A stretch of 64,000 nt of DNA from the NCBI GenBank assembly GCA_037447605.1, contig CM074809.1:2098689-2162688 (forward strand). Direction: 5' to 3'. Numbering within the stretch: position 1 is the first letter of the stretch; each line of letters opens with the position of its first letter. The stretch is from Zygnema circumcarinatum SAG 698-1b (Eukaryota; Plantae; Zygnematophyceae). Below, piece by piece: positions 25,401 through 36,757 of this stretch. The notes beneath the pieces are model-generated. The model was not told where the DNA came from. It saw only the letters and a program-made list of their open reading frames with translations, and did not search any database. The translations under genes and the position numbers were made by a program.

Positions 25401-28141
25401 GTCACAGGTGCCCTACCTCAGTCATACCCTTAGTATTTCGCCTGTTTTGGAGCAGAGGTTGATCAGGTGTGGTCGCCCTTATCATTGAAAATGCAATAGA
25501 TTAGAGGACTTTGGCAAGTTCCTCTTAGAACGGTTTTCATACCCATAACATTAGCACAGTGCTTTAACCCGGGTTTATTGGTCAAAGCATGTTTTATTAG
25601 CTGCTGTTTTGTATTCCCCATGTTTCGCTTCTAAAAGGGTATCTTGTCAAGTGCTACAGCCTTTCGCATCAGTCTTCAAGTCTTCTTGCCTGCCAAGTGT
25701 ACATGCTTAGCTCTCAGCTTTTGGTGGATGGTTTGCCACTGTAAACCTAGCTTTGAAGATATGAACGTCGAGTGGAAGTTTTGCATTTACTCGAGGACAC
25801 CAACCTGCTATTGTCACCCCAAGATTAACAGTGAAACTGACATTAGGCTTGTCTTCGACATTCATGATCGTCTTGAATCTTGTTCTCAAATGAGTCATTT
25901 GTTCAACCCTTCATGTCTACCAACATGCGAACGACAACTCAATGCAACAGCCATGCAACAGCTGGAACGCATGCATCTGCAAATTGAGTCTAATTTCTTA
26001 TGTATCTACTTGTTGTAATAGGGCGTGAATTCGATTGTAGCTGTTTACTTTCCTCGTCAGCTTGTTATCCGTGTTATGGACACAAATTTGCTTGGCCTTT
26101 TGGCAAGTAATTCACCCACTAGTCACTTGCACGCGTGTAAGCTCTTGCCGAAAGGTATGATTGTTTGAGCCAACTGGTGCACAGCGCGCAGAAAGGTACT
26201 GTCGAAGGCTGATGCTAACCTCCTTTATATTGCAGGTTTTCGTGAGACTCTGCGAGCAGACATGGATGTTGGTCGATTTCAACGGCCAGATTCTTCCGCC
26301 TCCAACATGAACCTTGTGTTGGTTTCACACGGCTTAACATTGCGGGTGTTCCTCATGCGCTGGTATAAGTGGACAGTAGAACAGTTTGAAGGCCTCTACA
26401 ATTTCAGCAATACGGGGATGATGGTTATGGAACGCGGACACGGAGGACGGTGAGTCATCCATTCTTACATAGACCGGTTATTGTTGAAAACGTTTTCTTT
26501 TGGGTTATTTTTCGGTCTCGAGTTCAAATCTTCTATCAACCAGCTGAATGCCTGAATGGAATGGTTGAAGAGGTGAGTGGAGGATAAATCTTGAATGGAG
26601 CTGTTTAGTAGAGGAGTCTGGATGACTGCACAGTTTTGGGGGGCTGCTAATGAATGGATCCAAAAGGCAGTCTACGTTCAGCCGAGTTTGGAAGAGCTGC
26701 CGAAGGTTCATTCGTAATTAAAAGAAGGAACCACTTTGCAGGAGGTGCTTGAGCCAACTTGTGCCTGCACTGGTTCAATCTCAGACCATGTCTGAGGTTG
26801 CGAGTGCTTTAAAATGACTGACGAGAAAGTCACTCCTTAAATGGAGCATTCACTCTCAACTGAGACATGCCATCTAAGTCGTTGTATTCATGTTCTATTC
26901 GTCCCATCGTAATCCGAATGTCTTGACCAAAGGTTTCAGGACGTGAATCTTTGCTACAGTCAAAACCTCAATAACGCATGCATATGGAAATGGCTTAGTC
27001 CACAAAATCTACACTGACTTGAGCAGCTTCACTTTAATCTTGTCAAAATTATGTTCCTGGTGTGTTAAGCATCAAACCTGGGTGCTTTCCAAGAACGAGC
27101 TTGCACTTAAACCTGGGATCACTTGCAGTGTCATTTGACAACCTGAGCGAAGAAGAATGACACGAGATTTCGCTGGCAACTTTGCGGATACTGCCTACTT
27201 CGTGACAGTGTGTGTCTCCATTTGGCTGGAGTGCAGGTACACTCTGAGTAGCTACCATACAGAAGAGGAGCTCCGTGCTTTTGGTATGACAGATGGAATG
27301 ATTGCCGATCAGCAGTGGTGAGATTCTTAACCTCTACTGGAGGCCCAGTCCCCTATTCTTTCCTGGCAGCAATTTGTGAATGTTATGCAGGGAGACAGGA
27401 GCTCCTTGGGCCGGACCGCTAACTTTGGGCAGTGCTGTCACCGTTTTGGAAATGGGGAAACATGAGGGCTTCACGTTGGTGGGATGATAAGAAGTTTAAA
27501 CCATCTAGCTTATGTAAGAGAACAGAGTCAGCGATGGGGGGTTTCTTAGCGACGGTGTCCTTAGTGAGGTTACCTTTGAAGCGTTATATGCTGGCCATTG
27601 TATCCGTTGGGCCATCGTCCAATTTTTTTTTTTACAGCTGTTTGTTCCAAAATCTCGAAGGCAGCCAACCTCTCTGTTTAATCCCTTCTATCGGGGTTGC
27701 CTGCTGCTTGCGGAGTAGCGCAGCTTGACAAAAGTATTGAAGAGAAAACAAGACTTTCTCTTTGCGAAACTCTAATTGGGGTCCAGTTTTGCCATGGGCG
27801 TCGGAAGATTTCTTGTAAATTGAACATGCGAAGCTCGCTCATACACTTGCTAATAAATGTAACGAAGAAGAATGCTTCAGGGACTTAGCAAACTTCTGTT
27901 CCATTTAATGTTGTGAAAACTGAGGATGAGTGTTTATCGCCGCTGATGGTCTCTGTTCTGCTCTTATTTCTGCAGGCAAACAAAATCTAGACCGGGGGAG
28001 CTGAACTTTGAATGGCAGACATCAGGGCCGGGCTTCTTTGATCATTTTGACCACTTGAACAAGGGAACCCTAGACAGCTATGTGCCGGCGGGGCTTTCCG
28101 ATGTCTGTGAAAAGCATGAGGACTCCCTCATCATCCCTTAG
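22425..28141 (+). CDS. Histidine phosphatase / phosphoglycerate-mutase-like protein (AT74 type) with long N-terminal extension, probably an organelle transit peptide; 8 exons
   Basis: Exons 22425-22945; ~23357-23458 (RPRRIILVRHGQSEGN); ~24198-24311 (YFYVSPYSRTLQ); ~24672-24756 (EEPRIREQDFG); ~25289-25408 (YGRFFYRFPDGESAADVYDR); ~26237-26449 (LVSHGLTLRVFLMRWYKW); ~27238-27318; ~27976-28141 (stop TAG). Phases checked at the first junctions. Confidence 0.92.
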
Positions 28142-29239
28142 AAAGGAAATGGAGGAAAAAGTTCTCCTGTACTTTTTGTCCTCCAAATGATCGTCGTGAT
28201 CCTATGATTGGTTCCTAGCGGGTATGGAGCTGCAGTTCTCACGGTCGACTGACCAGGTCATGTTTGCCAACATGCGAACGACAACTCAATCATTGAGATC
28301 AGATCTGTGATAGGAGATCGATTGTAAAGGATCTGTTTGGAAGTAAAGATTCAATTGATTATGAATCGGTAGCAGCTAGTTCTTGAACCGGCATCCTAGT
28401 TCTACTGCGTACTTGTAGTGAACTTTACATCCCTCTGGGTGACACGTGTTGTCGCGCACAATCAAAAGTTTGAAGTCGCGACATTTGTAGTTCAGGCCAC
28501 GAGATATAATGTGGCATGAAAAGTATACAACTTGACATCATAACGTCAGGCGACAAGGACTTCGCAATTGTTTTGTGCATTACCTTTCTAGCTTCGCTGA
28601 ATCCTGCACAAATTGTAAGGTGTGTTAGGGTTTCTAGGACTTACTTTTCCTTCTGAAAATGCAAAATGAGGGTTTCCAGAGCTTTTCAAATGAGCAATTC
28701 CACAAAAGTGTTTCTAGAATTCCATGTTTCCAGAATATCTATAGTTTTCAAACTAGAGGATACGAATTTCCGGATCAGGCTTTCCAGAGCCTTCTACAGC
28801 GCACGACGATTTAAAGTCCCGAAGGAGCGCTACAACGCTCTCCCTTTCGTTCTGTTTGCGAAAGTTCCCTTCTTACCCCCCCCCCCTTTCCCTCCTTCCC
28901 AATAATCCAATGGCAATCTTCACGTGTTTTCTCGCTGGTCAAACCAGCTCAATACCGGAGCGTTGAGTTGAATAAGAGAGGTGTGGCATTGATCTCACGT
29001 GGTTGTTGAATCAATTGCATGGAACTGTGCACAGTAGTAGTCTTGAGACTCTGGAATTTCTTGAAGTTTCTTTTGGAAAAGTTCTTTCTCCTTCAGCCTG
29101 TTCGAGTCGCGGACCCCGACTCGGCCCCGCCTCGCGCCAGGTCGCCCCCCGCCCTCTCAATTCAGGCGACTTCCAAACTTGGACGTGCCTCGCCGTGCCG
29201 TACGGAACGGTCCAGAGCCGTTCACATCCTTCACCGGTA

Positions 29240-29401
29240 CAGTAGGGGGTCCTCGTATTTACCGCCCTAAGGAGTGCGTCCTCAAGAAATTCGCCCCGAT
29301 TTTGCCGAAACCACCTTTTTGTACGGTAACTTCGTGTTACCGTACTATCCATAGTATCCGTACTGTTCGTACTAACCGTACTATCCGTACTAGCTGTACT
29401 A
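29240..29401 (+). mobile_element. MITE family A copy: left end, interrupted by MITE B at a TA and then truncated
   Basis: TA|CAGTAGGGGGTCCTCGTATTT.. is colinear with the intact copy at 45524. The host sequence resumes as TA-GCCATTA at 30410-30418, matching ctgtacTAgccgtta in the intact copy. Confidence 0.75.
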
Positions 29402-30409
29402 CAGTAGACCCCCCCAATATTTTCGGGGGGCGACTATTTACAGTGTACGTTTTCTGAATGTAGTGTACGTTTTCGGGGGGCAGCAAAAAAATCCTTTTTT
29501 TGGCTGCCCGGCGCTGTTTCATACTTTTGCAGAATAGATACAGACCTTTTTTCGTCGGATGTACGGATACAAGGTATGGGCGCAACACGTGGAGCGACAT
29601 GATTGGTCGCGGCAACATATGACGTGACAAGTATGTTTGGGACCGTGACGTGACGAAACGAGAGGGGACAAAAGTGGAATCCGCGGACGGCAGTCGGAAA
29701 TGGCGGGAAAAAAACTGACAGATTTTTCCTGAAACACGCTACGTTATGTGCCCTATCTTTTTCTGTCAGTTTTAATCCCCGCCATTTCCGACTGCCGTCC
29801 GCGGACTCCACTTTTGTCGCGTCTCGTTTCGTCACGTCACGGTTCCAAACATACTTGTCACGTATGTTGCCGCGACCAATCATGTCGCTCCACGTGTTGC
29901 GCCCTTATACCTTGTAGACGCGCGCGCTTCGTACATTTCAAATCACAAATCCGGATCGGATCCGTACATCCGACGAAAAAAGGTCTGTATCTATTCTGAA
30001 AAGTATGAAACAGAAACGGGCAACCAAAAAAAGGATTTTTTTGTTGCCCCCCGAAAACGTACACTACATTCAGAAAACGTACACTGTAAATAGTCGCCCC
30101 CTATTTTCGCCCCTCTTATTTTCGCTACCCAATATTTTCGCCCTGATTTTGCCAAAACTACTTTTTGTACGGTAAACCTGTGTTATCCTACTGACCGTAC
30201 TGACCGCAAGTGTCGCCGTAAGAGGCGCTCGCTCCTCTCCTCTTCTTCTGGGCTTCGATATGGTACGATACGATACGATACGTGCGAACAAACAGTAACT
30301 CTAACCTAATACCGCCCGCCTATTGTTAACACGGACACCCTTATATTTTCGCTACCCAATATTTTCGCCCAATATTTGCCGAAACCATGGCGAAAATATT
30401 GGGGGGGTG
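29402..30409. mobile_element. MITE B (family A relative, Tc1/mariner-pogo type), TA TSD, itself interrupted by foldback 1
   Basis: Left TIR CAGTAGACCCCCCCAATATTTTCG; right end CGAAAATATTGGGGGGGT-G (5 bp missing from the tip). TA at 29400-29401 and 30410-30411. The interior (gccgtaagaggcgctcgctcctctcc, (gatac)n, accgcccgcctattg) is homologous to 45524-45984. Confidence 0.8.
29426..30101. mobile_element. Foldback element 1 (676 bp, ~300-bp inverted arms), 8-bp TSD TATTTTCG; MULE- or hAT-like MITE
   Basis: GGGGGCGACTATTTACAGTGTACG.. / ..CGTACACTGTAAATAGTCGCCCCC; TSD at 29418-29425 and 30102-30109; ~40-bp central spacer. Confidence 0.9.
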
Positions 30410-30418
30410 TAGCCATTA

Positions 30419-30575
30419 GGGGGTGTCAGACTTAACAAAATCTTACGAAAAGCGTTACGAAAAAAATGGTTACGAAAGTACTCCGCCGCAGGAGGATCGC
30501 GATTATACTGGAGTACTCGTTCTGATGTCAAACTTACGAACACGCGTACTGAAATTTTTTAAGTCTGACACCCCC
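30419..30575. mobile_element. Small MITE C (157 bp)
   Basis: TIR GGGGGTGTCAGACTTAA / TTAAGTCTGACACCCCC, flanked by TA on both sides. The TSD could be TA or TTA (ambiguous). Confidence 0.8.
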
Positions 30576-30580
30576 TATTA

Positions 30581-32129
30581 CCAGGGCTCGTCAAATAGGG
30601 GAGATCCCCTAACATCGTAAATAGCTTATTTATGTAAGATTTTGAGATTAGTTTACGTGATTTCAACTTAAATACCACACAAGCCCCAAAAAAGCATTTT
30701 TTTGGTTAAAAACAAAAAGGAAATGAATTGCATTTGCAATGACAATAGCAATGATGTATATGAACTTTACTTGTTGGTATAACAACACGGCTTTAGAAAC
30801 TGGTGCAACCTCTTTGACTCTTATAGATTGGTAAATTTTACCAATCAATTAGAACAACTGTGCATTTGGCAATCACAACATATAGTTGCTTATTCAAAAA
30901 CCCAATTGCACGAAAACTTTGTAGATCCAATCCTAAGCTCTCTATTTCCTTTTCCATCCATCATTAATTACTCCAAGTATCACTTTAGAATCCATCATAG
31001 TCTTGAAATTTCCTCACAAAAACTCTATTCCAAATCATAACCTTTGAAATTCAAGGTGTAGTCACAAAAGAAAAATTGAAATAGGAACTAAAATTAGAAA
31101 TGAAATGAAAAATGGTCTCACTCCCTTAGGAGTTTTAGGCTGAACAAGACAACTATAGAAGTGATGCAAATTACTCAAAGAGACCCTCGAAGAGCGATCA
31201 AACTATCAAACTGTTTGCAGTGAAGAATTCCTTCCAATGAAAAGTTTGTCAACCTTTTTCGAAACTCGTCTTTCTCCCATCCAATTACTGAAAAATCAGA
31301 CTCGACGGTAACACTGTTGGGAAATGATGAACGTCCGTACGTGCACGGTTTCGTCCGTATAGTCCATATTTATGTGTTTTTACAAGGAAAATTCTATTCT
31401 CACACCTTTTTTGTCTACACACAGACCTTTTTTCGCCGGGCAGATCTCAAAATAGTAAAAAAAGGATTAACAACAGAAAATGCTCTTTTCACGCTTTTTT
31501 TGGAATCGACACACACCCGTTTTCCGTCGGGCAGAGTTTTTTACAATCCGCTCGGAGCGGAAGATCCGTCCGCCACGAGATCGGTCGCGGGTGTGCGTCC
31601 CTCACACGTTTGGTTCATCTCAGCCGTCGATTGTATCTCTGATCGCACCATGGCAGATCACCGTTCGATCTGCAGCCGGGCTCGGTCCCAACGAATGGCA
31701 CGCGCCCACGTGTCACACACGAGGACCTTTAAGCTGGCGCTGTGTGACACGTGGCCGCGTGCCATTCGCTAAGACCGAGCCCGGCTTCAGATCGAACGGT
31801 GATCTGCCGTGGTGCGATCTAAGATAAAATCGACGGCTGAATTTACCGCACGTGCGAAGGACGCACACCCGCGACCGAACTCGTTGCGGACGGATCTTCC
31901 GCTCAAAAAAACTCTGCCCGACGGAAAACGTGTGTGTTTCGATTCCAAAAAAATGTAAAAGGAGCATTTTCTGTTGTTAATCCTTTTTTTACTATTTTGA
32001 GATCCACCCGGCGAAAAAAGGTCTGTGTGTAAACAAAAAAGGTGTGAGAATAGAATTTTCCTTTTACAAAACCAAGTTAGGGGACAGTCCCCTATCTTAA
32101 GCCGAAATCCCCTATTTGAAGAGCCCTGG
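30581..32129. mobile_element. Non-autonomous TIR element D (hAT-like CAGGG ends) with AT-rich interior, carrying foldback 2
   Basis: CCAGGGCTCGTCAAATAGGGGA vs TCCCCTATTTGAAGAGCCCTGG (21/22 inverted match). No clean TSD found. Confidence 0.7.
31386..32061. mobile_element. Foldback element 2 (676 bp, ~330-bp inverted arms), 8-bp TSD TTTTACAA
   Basis: GGAAAATTCTATTCTCACACC.. / ..GGTGTGAGAATAGAATTTTCC; TSD at 31378-31385 and 32062-32069; ~20-bp central spacer. Confidence 0.9.
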
Positions 32130-32179
32130 CGGTGACATTTGAAGCCGCAGGCCATCTATAACCGAAGCGGCCTTTCTTA

Positions 32180-32450
32180 GTGACCGGTTTCTCGTGGTTC
32201 TCCAGACGGTATTGGTTTGTTGTCTATGTACAACAGTTGATGGCATCGCCATGCGAGAGTCGACGGATGCTCGTGCACACTTTCATCGTGCGTGTGGCTG
32301 CTTCTAGGGCTCTCGAAGTAGGTTTCCGCTCCTAGCTTTTTTCAATTGTTCTTGGGTCCTTGGTGACCAGTTAGTTCCTCGTGGTTCCCCATGATGAATT
32401 TGTCCATGTACATTTGATGACATCGCCATCGTGATATCAAGTACACAACA
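32180..32450 (+). repeat. Two tandem copies of dispersed repeat R
   Basis: GTGACC(G/A)GTT..CTCGTGGTTC..TCCATGTACA..TGATG(G/A)CATCGCCAT core at 32180-32255 and ~32296-32450. Confidence 0.8.
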
Positions 32451-34270
32451 TTATTCTTCGCCTAGTAATACTTCGGAAGCAGATCCAATGGCTGCTCGCA
32501 ACGTACAGTATACCCACAATTTACAGACAGGGCTAGTCCCTGTTGGCAACTAACTAATGGTGACTAAACCAAACCAACAATGCCGGTCGGACCCTCCCTC
32601 CCTGCCTGCTTGCTCGGGGCGGGCGGGGGGACTGGCCACGGGCCACGGGGACCGGGGGACTGACTGGGGACTTTGGGGACGGGACTGGGGAGTGCGGGCG
32701 GGGGCGCGTGGCAGACCGGGAGGGAGAGGGGGCCTGCTTGGCGCTGGCTGACTTGCCCTTGCGCGCAGATCGGCGTGGCTAAGCTGCAGCGCAGCGCGCT
32801 CGGCAGATAGCGGGCGCCAAACCTGCAGGGAGGTGGAGGGATTGAGGGAGGCGGGGCATGCCTGCGGAGGGGCAGGAAGTGAAGCTCGCCGCTTGAAGAC
32901 GAGCGAGCTTGAATGTGAGCGGATTCGGCAGCCGACGGAGGGCTGACAGGTGTCGGGGGGAAAGGTTGATGAACAGCAGTGGTGGATCCGTGCTGTCAAT
33001 GCAAGTGAGAGGCATAGGATCCGTTTATGGCAGGCGATCTGTAACGATACGAGGATCACGAATGGTTGGCCTAGTATTTTCTCCCTTTGGCAATGGTTAG
33101 CAAGGTTCGGGTCACCAACGGGCAGGGGCCTAATTTTGCTGTGCCGGAAGCACAGCATCGCAAGCCGCAGGCTGGTGGCGGCCATGGACAATTTGCATTT
33201 CACATGTTTTCCTTCTTCATGTAAGTCTTCCTGCATTAAAACTTGGCGCCTCAGCTAGTGTCCGCATGTCGCCCTGGTTATCAGTACCTTTGACGATGGA
33301 TTGAGCAGATAGTGAACTAGAATGCAAAACAGTCAGTTTTACGTATCTTCTAGTTGAATTTTCCAAAGCATTGAAGAAACCTTACATTGTGCAGCGTCCA
33401 GTTGTTTGATGACTGGTCTCCGTAAGATTATTGCCTGCGCTTGGTAGCATATATAATTCGAAATGAATGTTGGATGCGGTAGAGGAGAAATCGTTCACTG
33501 TGAGAAACGTAAAGCTTCTGCTGGATGCTGTGATTGATTAAACCGTATTATTAGACATCCTCCGCATGTCATTGGACGTGCAACGTTTCCGTTGAAACTG
33601 GAGTATTCATCTAGGTCAATTTGGAGTTTTCATCTGCTCCTTGGTCGACTCGGGAGGTTCAACAGGTTTTTGTATGGCTTTTGCTGGCACGTCAAAGTTG
33701 CAGCGAAGTATTCCACAGCGGCCGGTATTGGACATTATTCTAAGGTGCGAAGGAATTGCATAATTCATATTGTCAATGGATATCCTTTTCTCAAATAGAC
33801 CTATAACACTAAGAGGTTTATTCTGGTATTGGAGATGCTGTTCATAAGGGATATAACTGTGGAAATTTAGGAAGCCTCCTTCAATCCGTTAATGAAAGAG
33901 CTGCTTCAGCATCAATTCAAGAGCAGAATGTGTCAGAAAGGACCATATTTTTTTCAATGCAAATGGAAGGAGTTATATTTTCTTCTTGCTGGTTAGGAGG
34001 TTGGTCATTGTTGTATGTCCTGTGACCTATCCGATGATCGAACTATTGTGCATGGGAAATCACGCCACGTCACCTTGTGCCTAATTAAGTGTACTCCTTT
34101 TTTTTTTTTCTAAATATCTCTCATTAGAACCATTTTTATCCTGAGCAGTACTTTCAAACTCTTCGTCAGTTAAGTTCATTGATGTGGAAGTAAGAACGAG
34201 TCCTTGGAACTGTTGTTTAATGTGTATTTATCTGCATGTGTTTAATGAGTTTGTCTGTGTGATTTTGCAG

Positions 34271-35903
34271 TACATATCTTTTTGGGGATTTATTGGACAA
34301 TTAATTGCTCTACTTTTGTCGCTTCTGTGCCATCTTTTCCCAGATGTAAGTTTTTCCTGTAATTTGAGACCCTGGCTGTAAGCAGTTGTTTGGCATCTCA
34401 TCGACTATCTCTCAATAAGAAAAGAGAATAGAGTTATTCCTTTAATCCGTTCATGAAGCCTCTTTTATCCATACTTATCCTTTAAGAATATGCGCAAACA
34501 GCAGTTAGATATTGTGGAATTTCTTTGATTGGCATGGGTACTTACAGAAAGGGCAACGTTCTTGTCTGTGCGCTCAGTGGTAGTCATAGTTGAAGTTGTT
34601 TAGTTTCAGGCGCTCTAGCGAGTGAGCTGTATTCCTCGATCTCCCTTTTTATTATCAAATTTTTATCAGGAAATTCTTATCTGAGGGTTCAGCATTTTAT
34701 AGCCCTTTGCCAAGTCATGACCAGTTTGGGTGGATCCAGGCTAAGCGTTTGGAGGAACTTTCAGATGACTTCTCGTCCGCCATTTTTGGACATGCCAATG
34801 TCATCTGCATTTTCTACCTTCTTTTGCGCCTTGCAAATGCTCCAACGGAGGATCATCCGTAAGCGTAACGGGGAAAAACGGCTGTATATTTTTTTTTTCC
34901 AGTCCCATTGGTTCATGTACGATGTTTTTTCCGAGCGTGTGAGCGTGTTCGTCCAGTTCAGAGACTGCAAGCAAGGAACCAAAGCTTGTGTTGACTGGAT
35001 TGCAGACTCGAGAGGTTACCTGACATAATTATGCGTGCTGGGTTCTTGGGATACTGACGCTCAATCGTTTTGGCAAGATGCAGGATTTTCTCACGACCGA
35101 TGTGGCTTTCGTTAGTAGAGCATTTGACCACAATCGGGTTATCATGGATCGACATCCTCATTGCACAGCGTAGTTTCAGGTTAGCTCACTCAACATATGG
35201 GGCAGCAGGCGATGTTCACAGAGAAATGCAGACGGTTTTCTTTATTGTACTCTGAACTATCTCGACCTGTTGTCATTCAACCAAAGCAACATGTCTGCCT
35301 GCTGATTGGGAAGAGCCCCGGCATTCAGCGACTAAGTGCTTTTATTATTAAGGCACTTAGGAACTACTACTGGCTCCTAGACGTCATTTCATGCTCAGAA
35401 AGTGCAGTTACTTCCTTGGAAAGGGACGCATTACCTGCAAATGGTGCATGAGTGGTGCCTTATGTGAAAGAAAATTCTCGCTCACGCTGTTGATGTTGGG
35501 TTCGGGAGTGCAGACAGCGAGCCTTTGAGATATGCATGGCACTGGCAGTGGCTTATGTCGCCTGGATCCACCTTTTGAAGGCCACCAGCAACGTGCGATT
35601 TCCTTGCCCTTGCGTTACTTGGAATCGACCGTTCAACTCTCTCAATGGGCTGTGTTGAATGAGAAGTCTTAACTAACGGTGTATTCAAGTATCTTGACTT
35701 GAACTGTGAATCGCTGGCTGCTCCAGGTTTACCCATATCCATTTTTGAATGACCTCCCTCAACCTGAAGGCTTCATTATGGTCGCTCTCAGCGGGCTTGG
35801 CGGCATGTTCCTCTTCTTCAAGACGGGAAGTCGCATAGCTGCCCGGGAGTTCAGGGATAACACTCGATTTGCTCTGAATGGCCGCCGAGCAAGGCAGAAG
35901 TAG
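34271..35903 (+). CDS. FAR-17a/AIG1-like multi-pass membrane protein (5' exons and one internal junction unresolved)
   Basis: Exons with good splice sites: 34271-34345 YISFWGFIGQLIALLLSLLCHLFPD; ~34690-34859 ..DDFSSAIFGHANVICIFYLLLR..; 35084-35179 ..LVEHLTTIGLSWIDILIAQRSF; 35727-35903 VYPYPFLNDLP.. The Y..FW...Q, H and YPFL pattern recalls the AIG1/ADTRP family. A possible start exon at 33674 is not joined in phase. Confidence 0.5.
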
Positions 35904-36448
35904 AGTACAGCGGCTGCAAAAGCGCAGGCCAGTGCTTGGCAAAGCCTCGGTGGAAGCACCCCTTATCAGAAATCATTTTTTTTCTCCATCTTTTATCCAT
36001 GGAGTAGCCTCTGTCCTCACAACTTAGAGTGGAACGAGGACATCCGTGTGGTTTTCAGAAGTTGGTTGTGTATAGGGGTGGTGGGAAGTTCATACGGTGT
36101 GCAAAGGCATAAGGATCGTGCCGGAAGCTAGTGACCCTGAAATGAAATGTCATTCTCCATCCATCATTTCACATCACATCTCCATCCTCAGCATTCCTCT
36201 CATTGGCATGATTACAGGTCGATCGTTCTCGCATCACATTGCTCACTCCTGGGCACATTAGGGCGCTTCAGACTTAGATTAGATTTAGATTTTTTGAATT
36301 CAAATTCAGCACGCTTTCCCGCAAAAGGGAAATTAACAACGAAATCCGATGTACTTTCTTCAAGACAAATCCCACGTCAATTTTCAATCTGAAACCCTGT
36401 ATTTGAGCACAATTCCAATATAGAAACGTCTCAAGCCATAGGTCTATT

Positions 36449-36543
36449 GCGACCAGTTCCTTGTGGTTCCCCATGATGATTTTGTCCACGTACATTTGAT
36501 GGCATCATCGCCATCGTGAGATCAATGCCACTTCCATTCTCTT
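36449..36543 (+). repeat. Copy of dispersed repeat R between convergent gene ends
   Basis: gcgaccagttccttgtggttccccatgatgattttgtccacgtacatttgatggcatcatcgccatcgtgagatcaatgccac. Confidence 0.8.
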
Positions 36544-36757
36544 GCCAAGACAGTAGCAAAAAAAATTGACACATACACAATGGTAGTCTGCACCTGCCGC
36601 ACGCTTTAACCTTTCTAAGTTGACAACTCCTCTGTACATCAGATCAGGGCTCTTTTCCCTACGTTTTCAATTCTAGACTTGTCAGAGGCTGACACGAATC
36701 CTGAAGCAATAGGATCACGGCGAGTAACACTGAAATGCTCTCTATGCAAAAATTACG

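Noticed and set aside
30650-31300. Degenerate hAT transposase inside element D (LGLDL.., C..H..N on the - strand)
   Set aside because: The matches are short, in different frames, full of stops and too close together compared with real hAT proteins.
32385-32445. Repeat R as a C/D snoRNA (ATGATGA C-box-like)
   Set aside because: There is no terminal CTGA D box, and ATGATGA is missing in most copies.
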